The translations under genes and the position numbers were made by a program. DNA of 63,233 bases, the filler included, from Licmophora abbreviata (lineage: Eukaryota), in the NCBI GenBank assembly GCA_900291995.1. It is 8 parts of 8 records of this genome, joined end to end, with 100 filler letters (N's around TTAATTAATTAA, not from the genome) between each part and the next. Parts side by side here need not be neighbours in the genome. Positions count along the whole stretch, not along the records: positions 32,629 to 36,564 come from OLMU01003135.1; positions 36,665 to 58,428 come from OLMU01003136.1; 6 more parts are not named here. One strand, written 5' to 3'. Below are positions 34,837 through 46,924 of the stretch, piece by piece; within the stretch, counting starts at the first letter, position 1, and every line of letters starts with the position of its first letter. Under the pieces are notes generated by a model. That model did not search any database. It was not told the origin of the DNA and worked only from the letters and a program-made list of their open reading frames with translations.

Positions 34837-37486
34837 ATGCCGCTGGGTAAATTCTTGTCGAAGAAGAGCCGCAAGCAGTCATTAGAGGATGGCGGTGGCA
34901 TGCCGGCTCAGCAGCCCAACACGCGGGCGCGAGGAGGAAATAAGCCAGGCGCCATGTCCGTCTCCGGAGGCACCACTGTCTTTCGCGTCCAAGTCCCTGA
35001 CAACGTCCTGCCTGGAGAGGAGTTTCAAGTGTATGCAGGCAACCGAATTGTACGGGTCCGCTGTCCAGCCGACAGTCGTCCCGGACAGGCACTGCAGATT
35101 ACCGTCCCGGTCGACCCCAACTCACCTTCCGATGACAGTGCGTCTGGATCGCAACAGAACGAGTCCAGCATGCCTCCGGACTCTCCCAATGTCCGCAAGA
35201 TCCCAAACGTATCGCCGGCGGCCTACATGGTGACGATTCCCAGCGGCGTCCGCGGGGGACAGCAGTTTCCGGTCACCATTCAAGGACAGGAGCTCATGGT
35301 CACGTGTCCTCCGAACGCGCGTGTCGGTATGCAAGTGCGCATTGTGCCTCCCGCACCTCCGACGGATGTTACCGAGGGACCCCAAGGACCCATGGGAGCG
35401 CCGCATCGCAAGCCCGAAAAGAAGAAGGACGAAGAGCAGCTCTTTGAAGTCGAGGTTCCGAGAGGAGTGCACCCAGGACAGGTGAGTCAATCCTGCGTTG
35501 CTACCCCACTGCTGTTGATAGGTTTGTGACTACCGTGGATCTCACGCTTATCGAATTATCTCTATCTGCATAGCCCTTTGGCTTGTTGGCAGGCGGCGTT
35601 CGTGTCTTGGTCACATGCCCCGTCAATGCCAATCCAGGACAACGTATTCGCTTCAAGTTGCCCTTGGCCCTCACTGAGAAGCGTGCTCCTACCCACGAGG
35701 CTGCTCAGATCAAACTCAGGTACGACAAGGATGGATGGCAGCGTACCGTACGAGTCGGTGATATGAAGTTCCAGTGGGTACGAGTTGACGACAAGGGAGA
35801 CGTCGATCTCAACAAGCGCTTTCACATTGAGAAGTCAGCCTACGTTCGCAAACTGGATTTCCTACCCGGTGCAGATCCTCGAGTTCGCTCGGGAATTCTC
35901 AGTCTCGTACCGGCCACCGACGCCGTCGTGGATACCAAAATCAAGGGTGCAAACAATCGAGATTTGGTCAGTTACTCCGATATCGCCAAGGCACAGGAGA
36001 TGGCCTTTCAAGACAAGGCAAAGTGGTTCTATGATACCTGTGCTGAGCTGTGTGTTGAATGGAATGAGGGACATATGCGCATGAATGTCCGACGTCAGTT
36101 CCTGCTCGGCGACAGCGTGGATGCCGTCATGAGTTTGTCGCGAAAGGACTTGAGAAAAGTTTGGCGTTTTGAGTTCATTGGAGAAATGGGCATTGACGCT
36201 GGAGGATTGGCGCGAGAATGGTTCCAGCTTGTGACGGAGGAAATCTTTGATCCGGATATGGGACTCTTTCAGTCCAGTGTGGTGAATCAAATGAGTATGG
36301 AAGTGAATCCAGCATCAGGTATGTTCTTGAATCAGTCACGGCTCTGGGTCTGCAAACTTCTCGCGTGAAATGATCTATTCGCCTCACTAGAAGTCTCTTT
36401 TTGTCTCTGTCTGCGATATTTAGAATTTTGCTGCGAAGAGCACTTGGTCTACTATCGGTTCTTGGGTCGTGTCATGGGCAAGGCTTTGTTCGATCGACAG
36501 CTTGTGGCCGGTCACATGGTCCAGCATGTTTACAAGCACTTGCTTGGCTGGCCCGTCAACTTTCNNNNNNNNNNNNNNNNNNNNNNNNNNNNNNNNNNNN
36601 NNNNNNNNTTAATTAATTAANNNNNNNNNNNNNNNNNNNNNNNNNNNNNNNNNNNNNNNNNNNNGGACCTTGAAATGATTGACGAGGAGTATTTCAACAA
36701 CTTAAAGCAGCTCCAAGATATGTCAGATAGGGGCGAAGATCTATCCTTGTTGTGTTTGGACTTTACCACAACGCAGGAAGTTTTGGGAGCCAAGGAAGAA
36801 ATCGAGTTAGTCAAAGGCGGGTCTGACATTGAAGTGGACAATGGCAACTTCCCAGAATACCTGGAGGCGTGTCTCAAGTATCGAATGCTAGATCGAGTGA
36901 AGCCGCAGCTCAATGAGCTTCTGTTGGGTTTCTTTGACGTCATTCCCGAGCCCCTCTTGACGATATTTGACTTTCAAGAACTAGAGTTGCTCATGTGCGG
37001 TCTTCCCACGATTGACCTCGAGGATTGGAAGGAGAATACTGAGTACTCAGGCGAGTTCGAAAACACGGGTGGCGATTCTAATGTGTGCGACTGGTTCTGG
37101 GAGGTTGTGGAGGAATTCGATCAGGAAACGAGAGCTCGTCTGTTGCAATTCGTCACCGGAACATCCGGTGTCCCGTCTCGAGGCTTTGGCGTGCTGCAAG
37201 GAAACGACGGAAATGTCCGTCGCTTCACGGTTCATGGCGTAAGCGTGGGCATCTGTTTGTACCCACGAGCACAGTAAGTTGGAAGACTTTGAGGACGGGC
37301 CAATCGCGTGAGAGTCATATGGTTCTTCAAATACTAACCATTCGTGCATTTGCTCACTTCCCCACCCCACTTCGTAGTACGTGCTTCAATCGTATCGACC
37401 TTCCTTTGTACGATACGAAGGATGAATTGAAAGAAAAGCTGATGCTTGCGGTGACCATGGTGACCACTGGGTTCGACATTGAATAG
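34837..37486 (+). CDS. HECT E3 ubiquitin ligase (paralog A) with three N-terminal ~40-aa repeats
   Basis: EFIGEMGIDAGGLAREWF, RLLQFVTGTS, PRAHTCFNRIDLP (catalytic Cys); introns 35482-35573, 36319-36423, 37274-37377; spans a linker. Confidence 0.95.
36565..36664. other. Artificial scaffold gap linker (inside HECT A)
   Basis: N44-TTAATTAATTAA-N44. Confidence 0.97.
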
Positions 37487-37784
37487 ACGCATACGGTAGG
37501 TGAAGGGCCACGCAAAAGCCGCTTCCATCTTTCCACGTCTGTCGTCAAATAGTTTTTCAGCTTGCAAGCAAGTTTGGTTTTCGTGTAATAAACGTGGTTC
37601 TATATCTATGTGTACGTAGTGTGCTAATAGTACTGGACAGGATCGTCGTCTTCAATATCCTGAATCTGCATTGCAAAGCCCGACATCCTGTGAAGCATAG
37701 AGGCGGACACACCGCGAGCGAGAGGCGGGTAAGAGCGAATTTAAAATTGATGAGACTCATGACGACGACATCGGACCCGAGTAC

Positions 37785-39292
37785 TTACGAGACTTCCTCG
37801 TCTTCCGATTCCACTTCTGATTCTTCTGATCCCACCTCTGATTCTTCCATTGGCGACAGATCGAAATCCTCTGTCGCTTCTTCTTGACTGGATGCGAGAA
37901 GCGGTGGACCACTTTGGTCCTCCACGTCTAGAGTCTCGCTGGGAATGTCGGAAGAACTCACGCTCGGGGGCTCGCTCTGGGGTGGAAAGACATGCGAAGG
38001 AAAATCTTCGCTTTGTCTGCTCATAGAGTAATTCTCCATGTCTGCGTCGCTGACATCCAACCCAGGAGAATCAATCACGATAGGTCCATGATCGAATGAC
38101 GAGTCGGGTGCTTCGAGTCCTCCTGTGATTGGCCCGGTGGGCTTCCTAGTGATGTACCAAATCACTCCAAACAATACAGCTATTCCAACCAAGCATGCGA
38201 TGGTCACACCGACAACCAAGCCGGTGTTGTTGTCATCATCGCTAGGTGCGGGTACGGGTGCAGGCGTTGGCTGCGTAGGAGGTAAGTCCAAGACAGCGAT
38301 GGATCGCAAGGCAATATCTCCCTCCGTATTTGTCAATTCGCGTAACTCGTTCAAGTATGGCTGCGCCGCCTGTCGAAAGGGGCGGGTAAACAATGTATTC
38401 AAGTCTTCTGGTGCCGTCATATTCCCCACAAGGAAATATGATATTTGCTGCGCGTACAGAAATGTCAAGGTCGGTGACAATAGCAATCTCCCCCTTGTGG
38501 CATTTTCGGGTAGAGAACCTATGCCATTGAGATCTGTCTCGACCATGTCCACGCGCACATCCGACGATGGCAAATTGTTCCAGTACTTCTGGACATAATC
38601 GCTCGTTACATCTTGCCATTCTTCTGGAACCACGGAGTCCAGTTCTATGCCACTGATTATCATTTCAATTGTGTTTCTACTCTCAACTATTGTCGTAATA
38701 GATGGTGTTGCGCTGGGACTGGTGATGGTCGGTGTCAGTGACGGCACCGTGCTGGGTGTGGTTGTGGGTGAGCTAGTGGTAGGCCGCATGGACACGCTTG
38801 GCATGGCAGAAGGAGGTTCAGTTGTCGTCGGTTCGCTTGAAGGCTCCATTGATGGAGAAGGACTGTTCAGATAGGGCACAAAGCGTTAGAGAACGGGGAA
38901 GTAAGCTACGGTAGCTATAGGAACAAGAGGCACCCATCCGGCCCTTTTTACCTTGGTCCTTTCGTGTCCGTGGGAGCAGGAGAAGAAGTTGGATTCGCTG
39001 ACGGACGAGCAGACGCTAACGCAGAAGGTGACGGGGTCGAAGTTGGCTGCGATGTAGTCGGCGCATAGGAGGGCATCCAAGATGGTATTTCGGAAGTCGT
39101 TGGTGGTGCCGATGTCGTAGGGCTGCCAGATGGTGGCACTGTGCCTGTGGGCGCCTGTGAGCTTGTTGGGCTGCTGGTTGGCTGGGGGCGTGTGGGTGCC
39201 CCTGACGGAGATCGAGCAAACGTCGGTGCATGTGACTGTGATGGTAGGCTAGAGAGTGGCGAGTCGCTTGGCGACACCGTCTCGGCACTCAT
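37785..39292 (-). CDS. Mucin-like single-pass membrane protein with RxL-containing SEA-like ectodomain and acidic tail; 5' end unresolved
   Basis: PSxxPT repeats; intron 38863-38951; TRGRLLL; TM LVVGVTIACLVGIAVLFGVIWY. Confidence 0.78.
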
Positions 39293-39766
39293 GTTTGCTT
39301 GCTAGCAGTATATAGCTTCAGCGTATTGCCCGACGTCGGACGCGCCAAAAGTAATTGGAAAATTGGATTCCGGTGATCGTTACGAGCCAAATACCGCTCG
39401 TACGTGCCAATACTGATCAATCCCCACAATCGCTTCGCCCTCAGAGGTGCAGCTTCGATGATGCCGGGATCAGCGACGCTTACACTTCTTGACGATGTCG
39501 GATGTGTGTGTCAACATCGCGCAAGTCACACAACAAACCTCGAAATTTGATGAAAAAATTCGAAATCGTCCGGGCGCGCGAAGAAAACATACCCCCGTTA
39601 TACGAGCACGAAGATAGTATGTAGTTCTGGTCAACGGATGGCCCCTGTTCCGGTAATACTTGATGCAACTGATACCTAGAGGTCTCCTCACGACATACCG
39701 CTAGGCTGCTGAACTATGGTGGCTACTTTAGGCACGGTAGAATACCCTCCAATGAGTCAGTTAACC

Positions 39767-42222
39767 TTAGAAATCCGCGAAGAGCGCTTGGTGCTGTTTC
39801 GAAAGCCTCTCCTTTGCGCCCGACAGTCCATTACTCTCTGCAAATCGAAAGTCATCAAAGTTGGAAGAGTCCAGAGGGTCCTTGATTTGTGGCACCCACG
39901 GCGCAGCAATCTCCTTTTTCGTTAGACTAGAAAAGTCAATCGATTCGAACCACTGTTGGCTCTTGATGTCACGCCATCCTCCAGATAGATTGCCCAGTCG
40001 CGTTGCCGGATTCCTAACCAGGAGCTTCTCTACTAGATCTCTTGTGGAATCCTCCATGGAGCTCGGAGGTGTGTATTTTACATTCACAATGCGCTTGAAG
40101 AGCTTCGTCTGCACCATGCCTCTTGCAAAGAAGGGGCTCACCCCAACAATCATCTCATACACAAGTACACCAAAGGACCAGCAATCGACAGCCTTGCCGT
40201 GTCCCTTGGACATGATAATCTCGGGAGCGAGATACTCCGGCGTCCCACAGAGGGTGTACGTCTTGTCAACAACGATCTTGGCGAATCCCAAGTCCACAAT
40301 GATACCGTAGCCATCTTTATCAATCAGGATGTTCTCCGGCTTCAGGTCTCGGTAGCAGATATTCCGCTGGTGCATGTGATTCAACGCGTCCGCCACGCAA
40401 GCTCCGTAGAACTGTGCATCCTTCAAGGGGAGCGATCCACTTGCATCTTTGTGTAGTAAACTGAACAGCTCGCCTCCTTGAAGAAGATCAAGTACGAGAT
40501 ATAGATTCGAGTCATCTTGAAACGCCGACACAAGCGTAATCAAGAATGGATGCTCAAGCGACGCCATAATCGTCTTTTCCCGAACAACACTCTTGACCTG
40601 CTGCGCTAGGATCACTTGTCGCTTGTCGATTACTTTCAAAGCATAGGGCGATTTGGTTCGTTTGTGGCTGACGAGCCAAACTTTTCCGAACGCGCCCATA
40701 CCCAGTATCCGATGCGTATTGAGCCGGCTCAGAGTAATTGACGCGTTGAGTTTGGACGGAGCGAACGGGATAATGTCACCAAGCCTATTGATGTCTCCAA
40801 TCACACTCTCCATGTCGTCTCGAGAGAGAACCCAACAAGTGGAGTTCTCTTCGACGATAGCATCGTGTGAGCTGATCTGCCCCTTTTCCGCTTTGATCGC
40901 CTTGCCCCCGAAGTAGTCTCCCGATTGCAATTTCAGAATCTCGCCTGTTTCACTCACGAGGAGCACCCTCCCGTGACGAATGATCCAGAGATCCTGTCTG
41001 TACGGTTTGCCGATCTCTTCCAGCTTATCCCCTTTCTTGAAACACATCTCATTTGTCAGAGTGACAAGCTGATCGATCTCATGTTCATCAAATGCAGAAT
41101 TGGCAAATATAGGCAAACTCGTCAGAAAATGCTTTTTCATTCCAAGCTCGAGCAGCGTAGACAGGGACCCTATCGATGATTCAAATGTGTTGCGCGCCAG
41201 AGCGAGACAGTTCACGTCGCTCACGGCTGTCACGTTGGCTGCACGGGGTTCGCCTGTGAGAATCGCACGCTCCCCAAACCAATCTCCGGCCGTCAGCATC
41301 TGATCTACCGCCTGGCTATCACCTAGGCCAATGTCGTGAACTTTCACTGTCCCACTCTCGATAATGTAGAAGACATCTCCCTTGTCGCCTTTTGCAACAA
41401 TCCGTTCGCCTTCCGAGAACTTGACGCGTGCCAAGGACTCAGCAAACTTGAGTCGACTCTTGGAGTCCAAAGAGGCGAACAAATCGATCTTTTCAATTAT
41501 TTGGCACACATCCTGTTCTTGCTCATGTGCATTGCGCGCAAGCATGAAGCGAAACGTGTACTGGTCCACCTTCCATAGCGTACAGGCCGTTTCTGCCTGA
41601 CAGGTAGCAGCCCGAGGCGAGTTATACAGAAGCGCCAGCTCCCCGAACGAACCACCTCTCAAACACGACCCCACGTGATTGCCATCAGCAATGAAGTTGA
41701 CTGTACCCTCGTCCACGACATAGAAAAAGTCGGAAGATTCGTCGCCCTGCGTTATAATCTCGGTTCCCTCCGGAACTTGTTCTTTCTGCATGGCATCAAT
41801 CAGCTTCAAGCGCTGTTCCTTCGTGAGTTCTGAGAAAATGAAGTTCTCACCCAGCGCCAGGTCAATGCATCGTATCTCAGTCGCTGATTTCGGGTAGCTC
41901 GGGGGCACAAAGTCTGCCTTGACATCAATGGGCTTGGAAACGACTGTCTTGCGGTGCTGTGCCCGGAGCTTGCTGTGCAGGTTGATTTGCTTCTCTCTAA
42001 TCATGGAGTGATGATGTGCATTCTCCTCCGCATCAGGATCGAGCACGCCGCGACGCCGCATCTGTGTCGAACCAGAGCAAGGAAGTGTGCCATGGCGAGT
42101 GAGCTGACTGCGAAGTGATTGCATTCAGCCGGGGGCGGATCTGATTATGAAACTGGACTTACACCAAAAAAGCGATACCAAGAGCTGTCGGCATCGTCGC
42201 ATCCGCAAAAAGGAAATGGCAT
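39767..42222 (-). CDS. Cyclic-nucleotide-dependent protein kinase, PKG-like architecture (3 cNMP domains + AGC kinase)
   Basis: FGELALLYNSPRAAT, FGERAILTGEPRAANV, LGMGAFGKV, YRDLKPEN, TLCGTPEYLAPE; probable exon 1 at 42163-42222 (MPFPFCGC...) with intron 42062-42162. Confidence 0.92.
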
Positions 42223-42585
42223 CGTGAGTTCCAGAGACACGGAGGAGCTGGGCAAGATGCTAGTAGAAGCAATTGTCAGCCGTGAAAGGGTTCACGCGTT
42301 TGTGGACAATCATCAGAACGGCATGGAGCCGCGAAGAGTAGTAAAGGAGAAGTGTGGCAGAAGAAGACGCCGCACTGAACGCGACAAGATCTTTTCTTCA
42401 CGGGACTCGACTCCTGCCCGGTTTATCGTCATCATTCACGTCTCGACGCCGTCGCTCACCCTAAGTTTTGCAGATGACAGAGCTTCTAACTACCGTAGAC
42501 ATGCTGCGTACAGAGCAACGCTGTAAGACTCGCTGATCCTCTACTAGAATCTATCCCTGGCCTGGTTCTTAGCTAAAGAATATAT

Positions 42586-44664
42586 CTATTTGCGCTTTGA
42601 TCCGGAAACGATGTCGTCAATGCGGCTTTAATATCGACAGGAATAGAAGCAAGAGTGAGCACAAACTACCGCCGCGAATCGGCCTAACCACGCTCCATAA
42701 AAGCGCAATGCCACTTACAGAATCATACAGGCACTCTCGATTGCCGTCTTGATCGTCTGCACCTTGACGCTAAACGGTTCCCAGATGCCAAGCTCCTCCA
42801 TCGTGACAAGGTCACCCGTCTTGCCATCAATACCCCAGTGACACTTTTTCTCGCCGGCATCGTAGGCCGCCGCATGTTTGGCACGCAGCTGTGTAACCGT
42901 ACGAATCACACTGATGCCACAGTTCTGCGCCAACGTCCGTGGAATCACCTCGATCGCTTCGCCGACAGCCTGAAAGGGGCCTTGCTGAATGCCTTGAATC
43001 TTTTGTCCAGCCCGTCGCAGCCCGACGGCGACTGCCATTTCCGTCGCACCACCGCCCGGCAGCAGCTTGGGATTGTACACCACGTTTCTCACCACCTGCA
43101 TGGCATCCTGCAAATTTCGTTCAATCTCATTGAGTACATCCTTACTTCCCCCACGTAGCACTATGGTGCACGCCTTGGGATCCTGACACTCGTCAAGAAA
43201 GCAAAACCACTCATCACCAATTTTGCGCATTTCAAACAAGCCACACCTGCTGCCAATGTCACTCTCTTGGATCTCCTCCGTCCGACTGACAATTGTTGCT
43301 CCGGTCGCACGCGCGATACGATTGTTGTCCGTCTTTCGGAGCCGACGAAAGGCCGTAATGTCAGCCTTGGCGAGGTAGTGTTGTGCCAAGTCACTGACGC
43401 CCTTTTCGGTAATGACAATGTCAGGTTTGTGCGCAATAATTTCCATGCACATGTTCTCAACATACTCTTCTTCCATTTTCAGCAAGGTATTCCAATCTTC
43501 TTCGTCGGTGATTTCGACATTGGTCTGCGATTCTCCCTTTTTGTACTCCAGCGGCGAGTCGAGCAGGAGAATGCGCGGATTTTCAATACGACGACGCATT
43601 TTGGAATGCACCACATCCTTGTTGAACATGACACCCTTCAAGACACAAGAGTCGTCAATTTCACCTCCCGGAATCTTTTCTACCTTGGCATAGCGCTTGA
43701 TGTCCACCTCCATTGTGCGCTTACTGCTGGTCGTAGTAGGGTGCTGTTGTGGACGAGCTACGGTCAGTACGGCTTGCAGGGCCATTTCAACCATTGTGTC
43801 GTTCCATCTGGACGAGAACTTGGTCCCAATCGAGGACTGTACCAGCTGCTGCATGCGTCCAGTGTCCTGAACATCCACAACGACAGCCTGTTGCTCGCAG
43901 ATCTCCAAGGCCGTCGAGAGAGCCTTGTGGTAGGCTTGGACGATGACCGTGGGGTGCATACTGTACTCGCGTAGGAAGGGTTCGGCCTGGACGAGCATTT
44001 CGCCCGCGAGAATAATGACAGAGGTCGTACCGTCGCCCACTTCTTCGTCCTGGGCGCGCGACAGTTCCATCATGGATTTCGCAGTCGGGTGCGAGACGTC
44101 GACTTCGCGGAGAATGCAATTCCCGTCGTTTGTGAGCACCACGCCTCCCATGGGGTCCAAGAGCATCTATGTTGTGATAAGTGAGAGTAGGCAGACGGGG
44201 TGAGTCTGTGGACTGGTGTCGACGACAAGGCTACAAAGTGCAATGATTCACTCACCTTGAGCATACTTCGGGGCCCCAGAGTGGTTCGGATAATGTCAGC
44301 CACCGCTCGAGCGGCAGCGATATTGGCCAGCTGTGCCTGTCGTCCAGTTTGACGCTGTGTCTTGGTGTCTGTCAGTAGGAGAGCGTATCAGCGAGGGGTC
44401 ATCAAGGGGTGAGTGCATGGCGCGAGAGGAACGGCCGACAAAATTGTGAGTAGGTATGAAGCGTTGGTACAAGATCACGTAGTATTCTACGTGTCGAAGG
44501 CAATGATGCTGCCACCCAAAGCAAGAGGTGCGCGCAGCATGTCATTCTCCTCTCGTCGCTTCTTCACTCGAGTACTCTATTCTACGGTACTTACTCAACA
44601 CCATGACGGGTCCCATCCCAGGCGGCGCACCCGCCATGCCTCCAGACATGCCTCGAGCGGCCAT
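42586..44664 (-). CDS. CCT3: T-complex protein 1 subunit gamma (CCT3)
   Basis: TTLGPRSMLKMLLDPMGG, GDGTTS, KKGESQTNVEI, LRIDDIVSG; introns 44369-44594, 44167-44255, 42626-42718. Confidence 0.97.
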
Positions 44665-44984
44665 GGTCAATGCTATGAGCAATCTCGTCGACACACACAC
44701 ACTGTGGATGTGGGAAGAAAAGTATCGTGTGGCCGCGGGTTTTGGTAGCGAAGGACGGACCTTGACTCTCTCTAACGTTCACATATAAGTTCTTAGTCGA
44801 GTGAGTCTAATGCGCGAAATAGATGAGTTTTCAAGCGTGTTCGAAATCCAAATTCAAAATGTATCCGCTTTCGCTTTTTTTGCTTTTTTGTGTTCGACAA
44901 ACGACAATGGCGATAGCTCCTGATAGTGAGTCAGTCACACTGGATGCCCTCCCCTCGTTTTGAGCATACATCCCTTGATCCACC

Positions 44985-45965
44985 ATGATATCCTGTCGTC
45001 TGGCTTGCTTGTTCGCTTCTCTCCTATGGTTGAATCCAGTTGTAGGCCTTCTAATTTCACATCAATCCCGAGCACACTTTCTCTCCTCCAGCGCCACAGC
45101 CTTCTTGAGTTCTGCAGCCTTGGTCCTTTCTTCCGATCCTGAGTCCTGTGCCGCCAAAACGATGAATGGTAATCCTCGCTTCATTGACCAGGAACTTGAA
45201 ATGAAGTACGCGGATGGACCGGATGGGAATCCACGTACTCGAGGTATGCTCGTTCGTCGCTTCACCGGAGATTCGACTCCCTACAACTTTCCTGTTTCAG
45301 ACGTTCGACTCGTCAAAGAGTGGCCAGAGGCACCGCCGTTCACGCCAGAAGACTTCTTCCGCGCAGACCAGAACGATGATCGATCCTTCTACGCAGTTCC
45401 GAGGCTGGTATATCACATTGACGAACCAGCGGTCGCTTCTTTGACGCAGTTCTATCGAAACAACATTCCCAAACAGAGCTCCATTCTCGATATCTGCTCT
45501 TCGTGGGTCAGTCACTATCCACTGGAATTTCCTGAAACCATGAAGCGCATATCGGCCACAGGCATGAGTGGGCTGGAACTTCAGTTTAATGATCAATTGA
45601 CCGACTATGAAGCCAAGAATCTTAACGACGATCCCACGCTTCCCTACGAGGATAATTCGTTTGATGCCGTCACATGTGTCGTATCGATTGACTACCTCAT
45701 TCACCCCATTGAAATCCTGAAAGAAGTTCATCGTGTACTTCGTCCGGGAGGAAAAGTCATCATTTCTCAGTCAAACCGATGCTTTCCAAGCAAAGCCATC
45801 AGCATGTGGCTGGGTATGAATGATAGACAGCACTTGGAACTCATCAATGGCTACTTCCAATATGCCGGAGGCTTCAAGCCCCGCCAAGCGTACGACATCA
45901 CAGCGACTGTCCCCGATAAAACACTTCATGACCCCATGTTTGTGGTTGTTGCCGAGAAAGCCTAA
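44985..45965 (+). CDS. Class I SAM-dependent methyltransferase, probably plastid-targeted
   Basis: Signal peptide; FYAVPRLVYHIDE, LDICSSWVSH, LPYEDNSFD, RVLRPGG, SNRCFPSKA. Confidence 0.88.
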   Translation: MISCRLACLFASLLWLNPVVGLLISHQSRAHFLSSSATAFLSSAALVLSSDPESCAAKTMNGNPRFIDQELEMKYADGPDGNPRTRGMLVRRFTGDSTPYNFPVSDVRLVKEWPEAPPFTPEDFFRADQNDDRSFYAVPRLVYHIDEPAVASLTQFYRNNIPKQSSILDICSSWVSHYPLEFPETMKRISATGMSGLELQFNDQLTDYEAKNLNDDPTLPYEDNSFDAVTCVVSIDYLIHPIEILKEVHRVLRPGGKVIISQSNRCFPSKAISMWLGMNDRQHLELINGYFQYAGGFKPRQAYDITATVPDKTLHDPMFVVVAEKA

Positions 45966-46006
45966 TCCATGTTTCGATAATGCTAGCTTCTTTTTGACTT
46001 AAACCC

Positions 46007-46924
46007 TCAAATTCTAGTGTCTAGCTGCCGTCGGCTCTTCATAGTAGACTTGCGTAGCGAAGGCACGCGTCTGGGGGCAAGTGGTTTCAGTTCGCTATCT
46101 TTGTCTCCGCTCTCCAAATCAATATCAGCGAGCCGCGTTTCTCCGGCACCACCGGAAATGTTAGTACTGGAATACCGATCTCCAGTGTCCCAGCCGGCAG
46201 CATCTTCCTCTTCGTCGTCATCACCATCTGAGGCGCGGGGCCCGAACCTCAGCATTACGAGAGTAATGGCGATTCCAAAGACAGCAGCAAAGTACAATTC
46301 ACCACCGCACGCTACACCGACTGCTGCCGACAACCAAACGGAGGCTGCCGTCGTAAGGCCGTGAACGACATTGCTCGTTTCTCCCGTCAATGGATCCTTC
46401 TCGCTTTCCTTGAATATAAGTCCAGCTCCCAGAAACCCGACTCCGGAAGGAATTGCTGCTGAGATACGAGAAGCATCCCATTCCATGGGGCCATTCAACA
46501 GAGCGTACGTTCCATCAATGGTGAACAAGCAGGCACCCAAGGATACCAACGACATGGTCCGGATTCCTGCCGGGCGATCTGCCTGCCGTCGTTCCCATCC
46601 GATAATTGATCCCAAAACTGCTGACATAAGAAGACGTCTTCCAAACGAGCATTCGTCAGACGTAAGAAACAGTAGCTTGACCATTCGCACGTGCCGACAG
46701 GGATTCTCATTGTAGGCTGGGTTTGCAAACTTGACGGTGCCGTCCTCATCGCACTCGTGCGTCATGAAGGCTTCCAGAAAGCACACAAGACTAACGATTG
46801 CAACATATGCAATAGTTGCCGCATAAAAGAAACCTTTCGAGAAGGTTAGTTCCGTAAAGTAGTAGGACTTTGCGGATTTGGATACGTAGCTAGTCCTCAT
46901 GTCGTCGAACTGTCCTGCCTTCAT
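46007..46924 (-). CDS. MgtC/SapB family membrane protein
   Basis: IGWERR, AGIRTMSLVSLGA, DASRISAAIPSGVGFLGAG, VHGLTTAASVW. Confidence 0.92.
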   Translation of the reverse strand: MKAGQFDDMRTSYVSKSAKSYYFTELTFSKGFFYAATIAYVAIVSLVCFLEAFMTHECDEDGTVKFANPAYNENPCRHVRMVKLLFLTSDECSFGRRLLMSAVLGSIIGWERRQADRPAGIRTMSLVSLGACLFTIDGTYALLNGPMEWDASRISAAIPSGVGFLGAGLIFKESEKDPLTGETSNVVHGLTTAASVWLSAAVGVACGGELYFAAVFGIAITLVMLRFGPRASDGDDDEEEDAAGWDTGDRYSSTNISGGAGETRLADIDLESGDKDSELKPLAPRRVPSLRKSTMKSRRQLDTRI

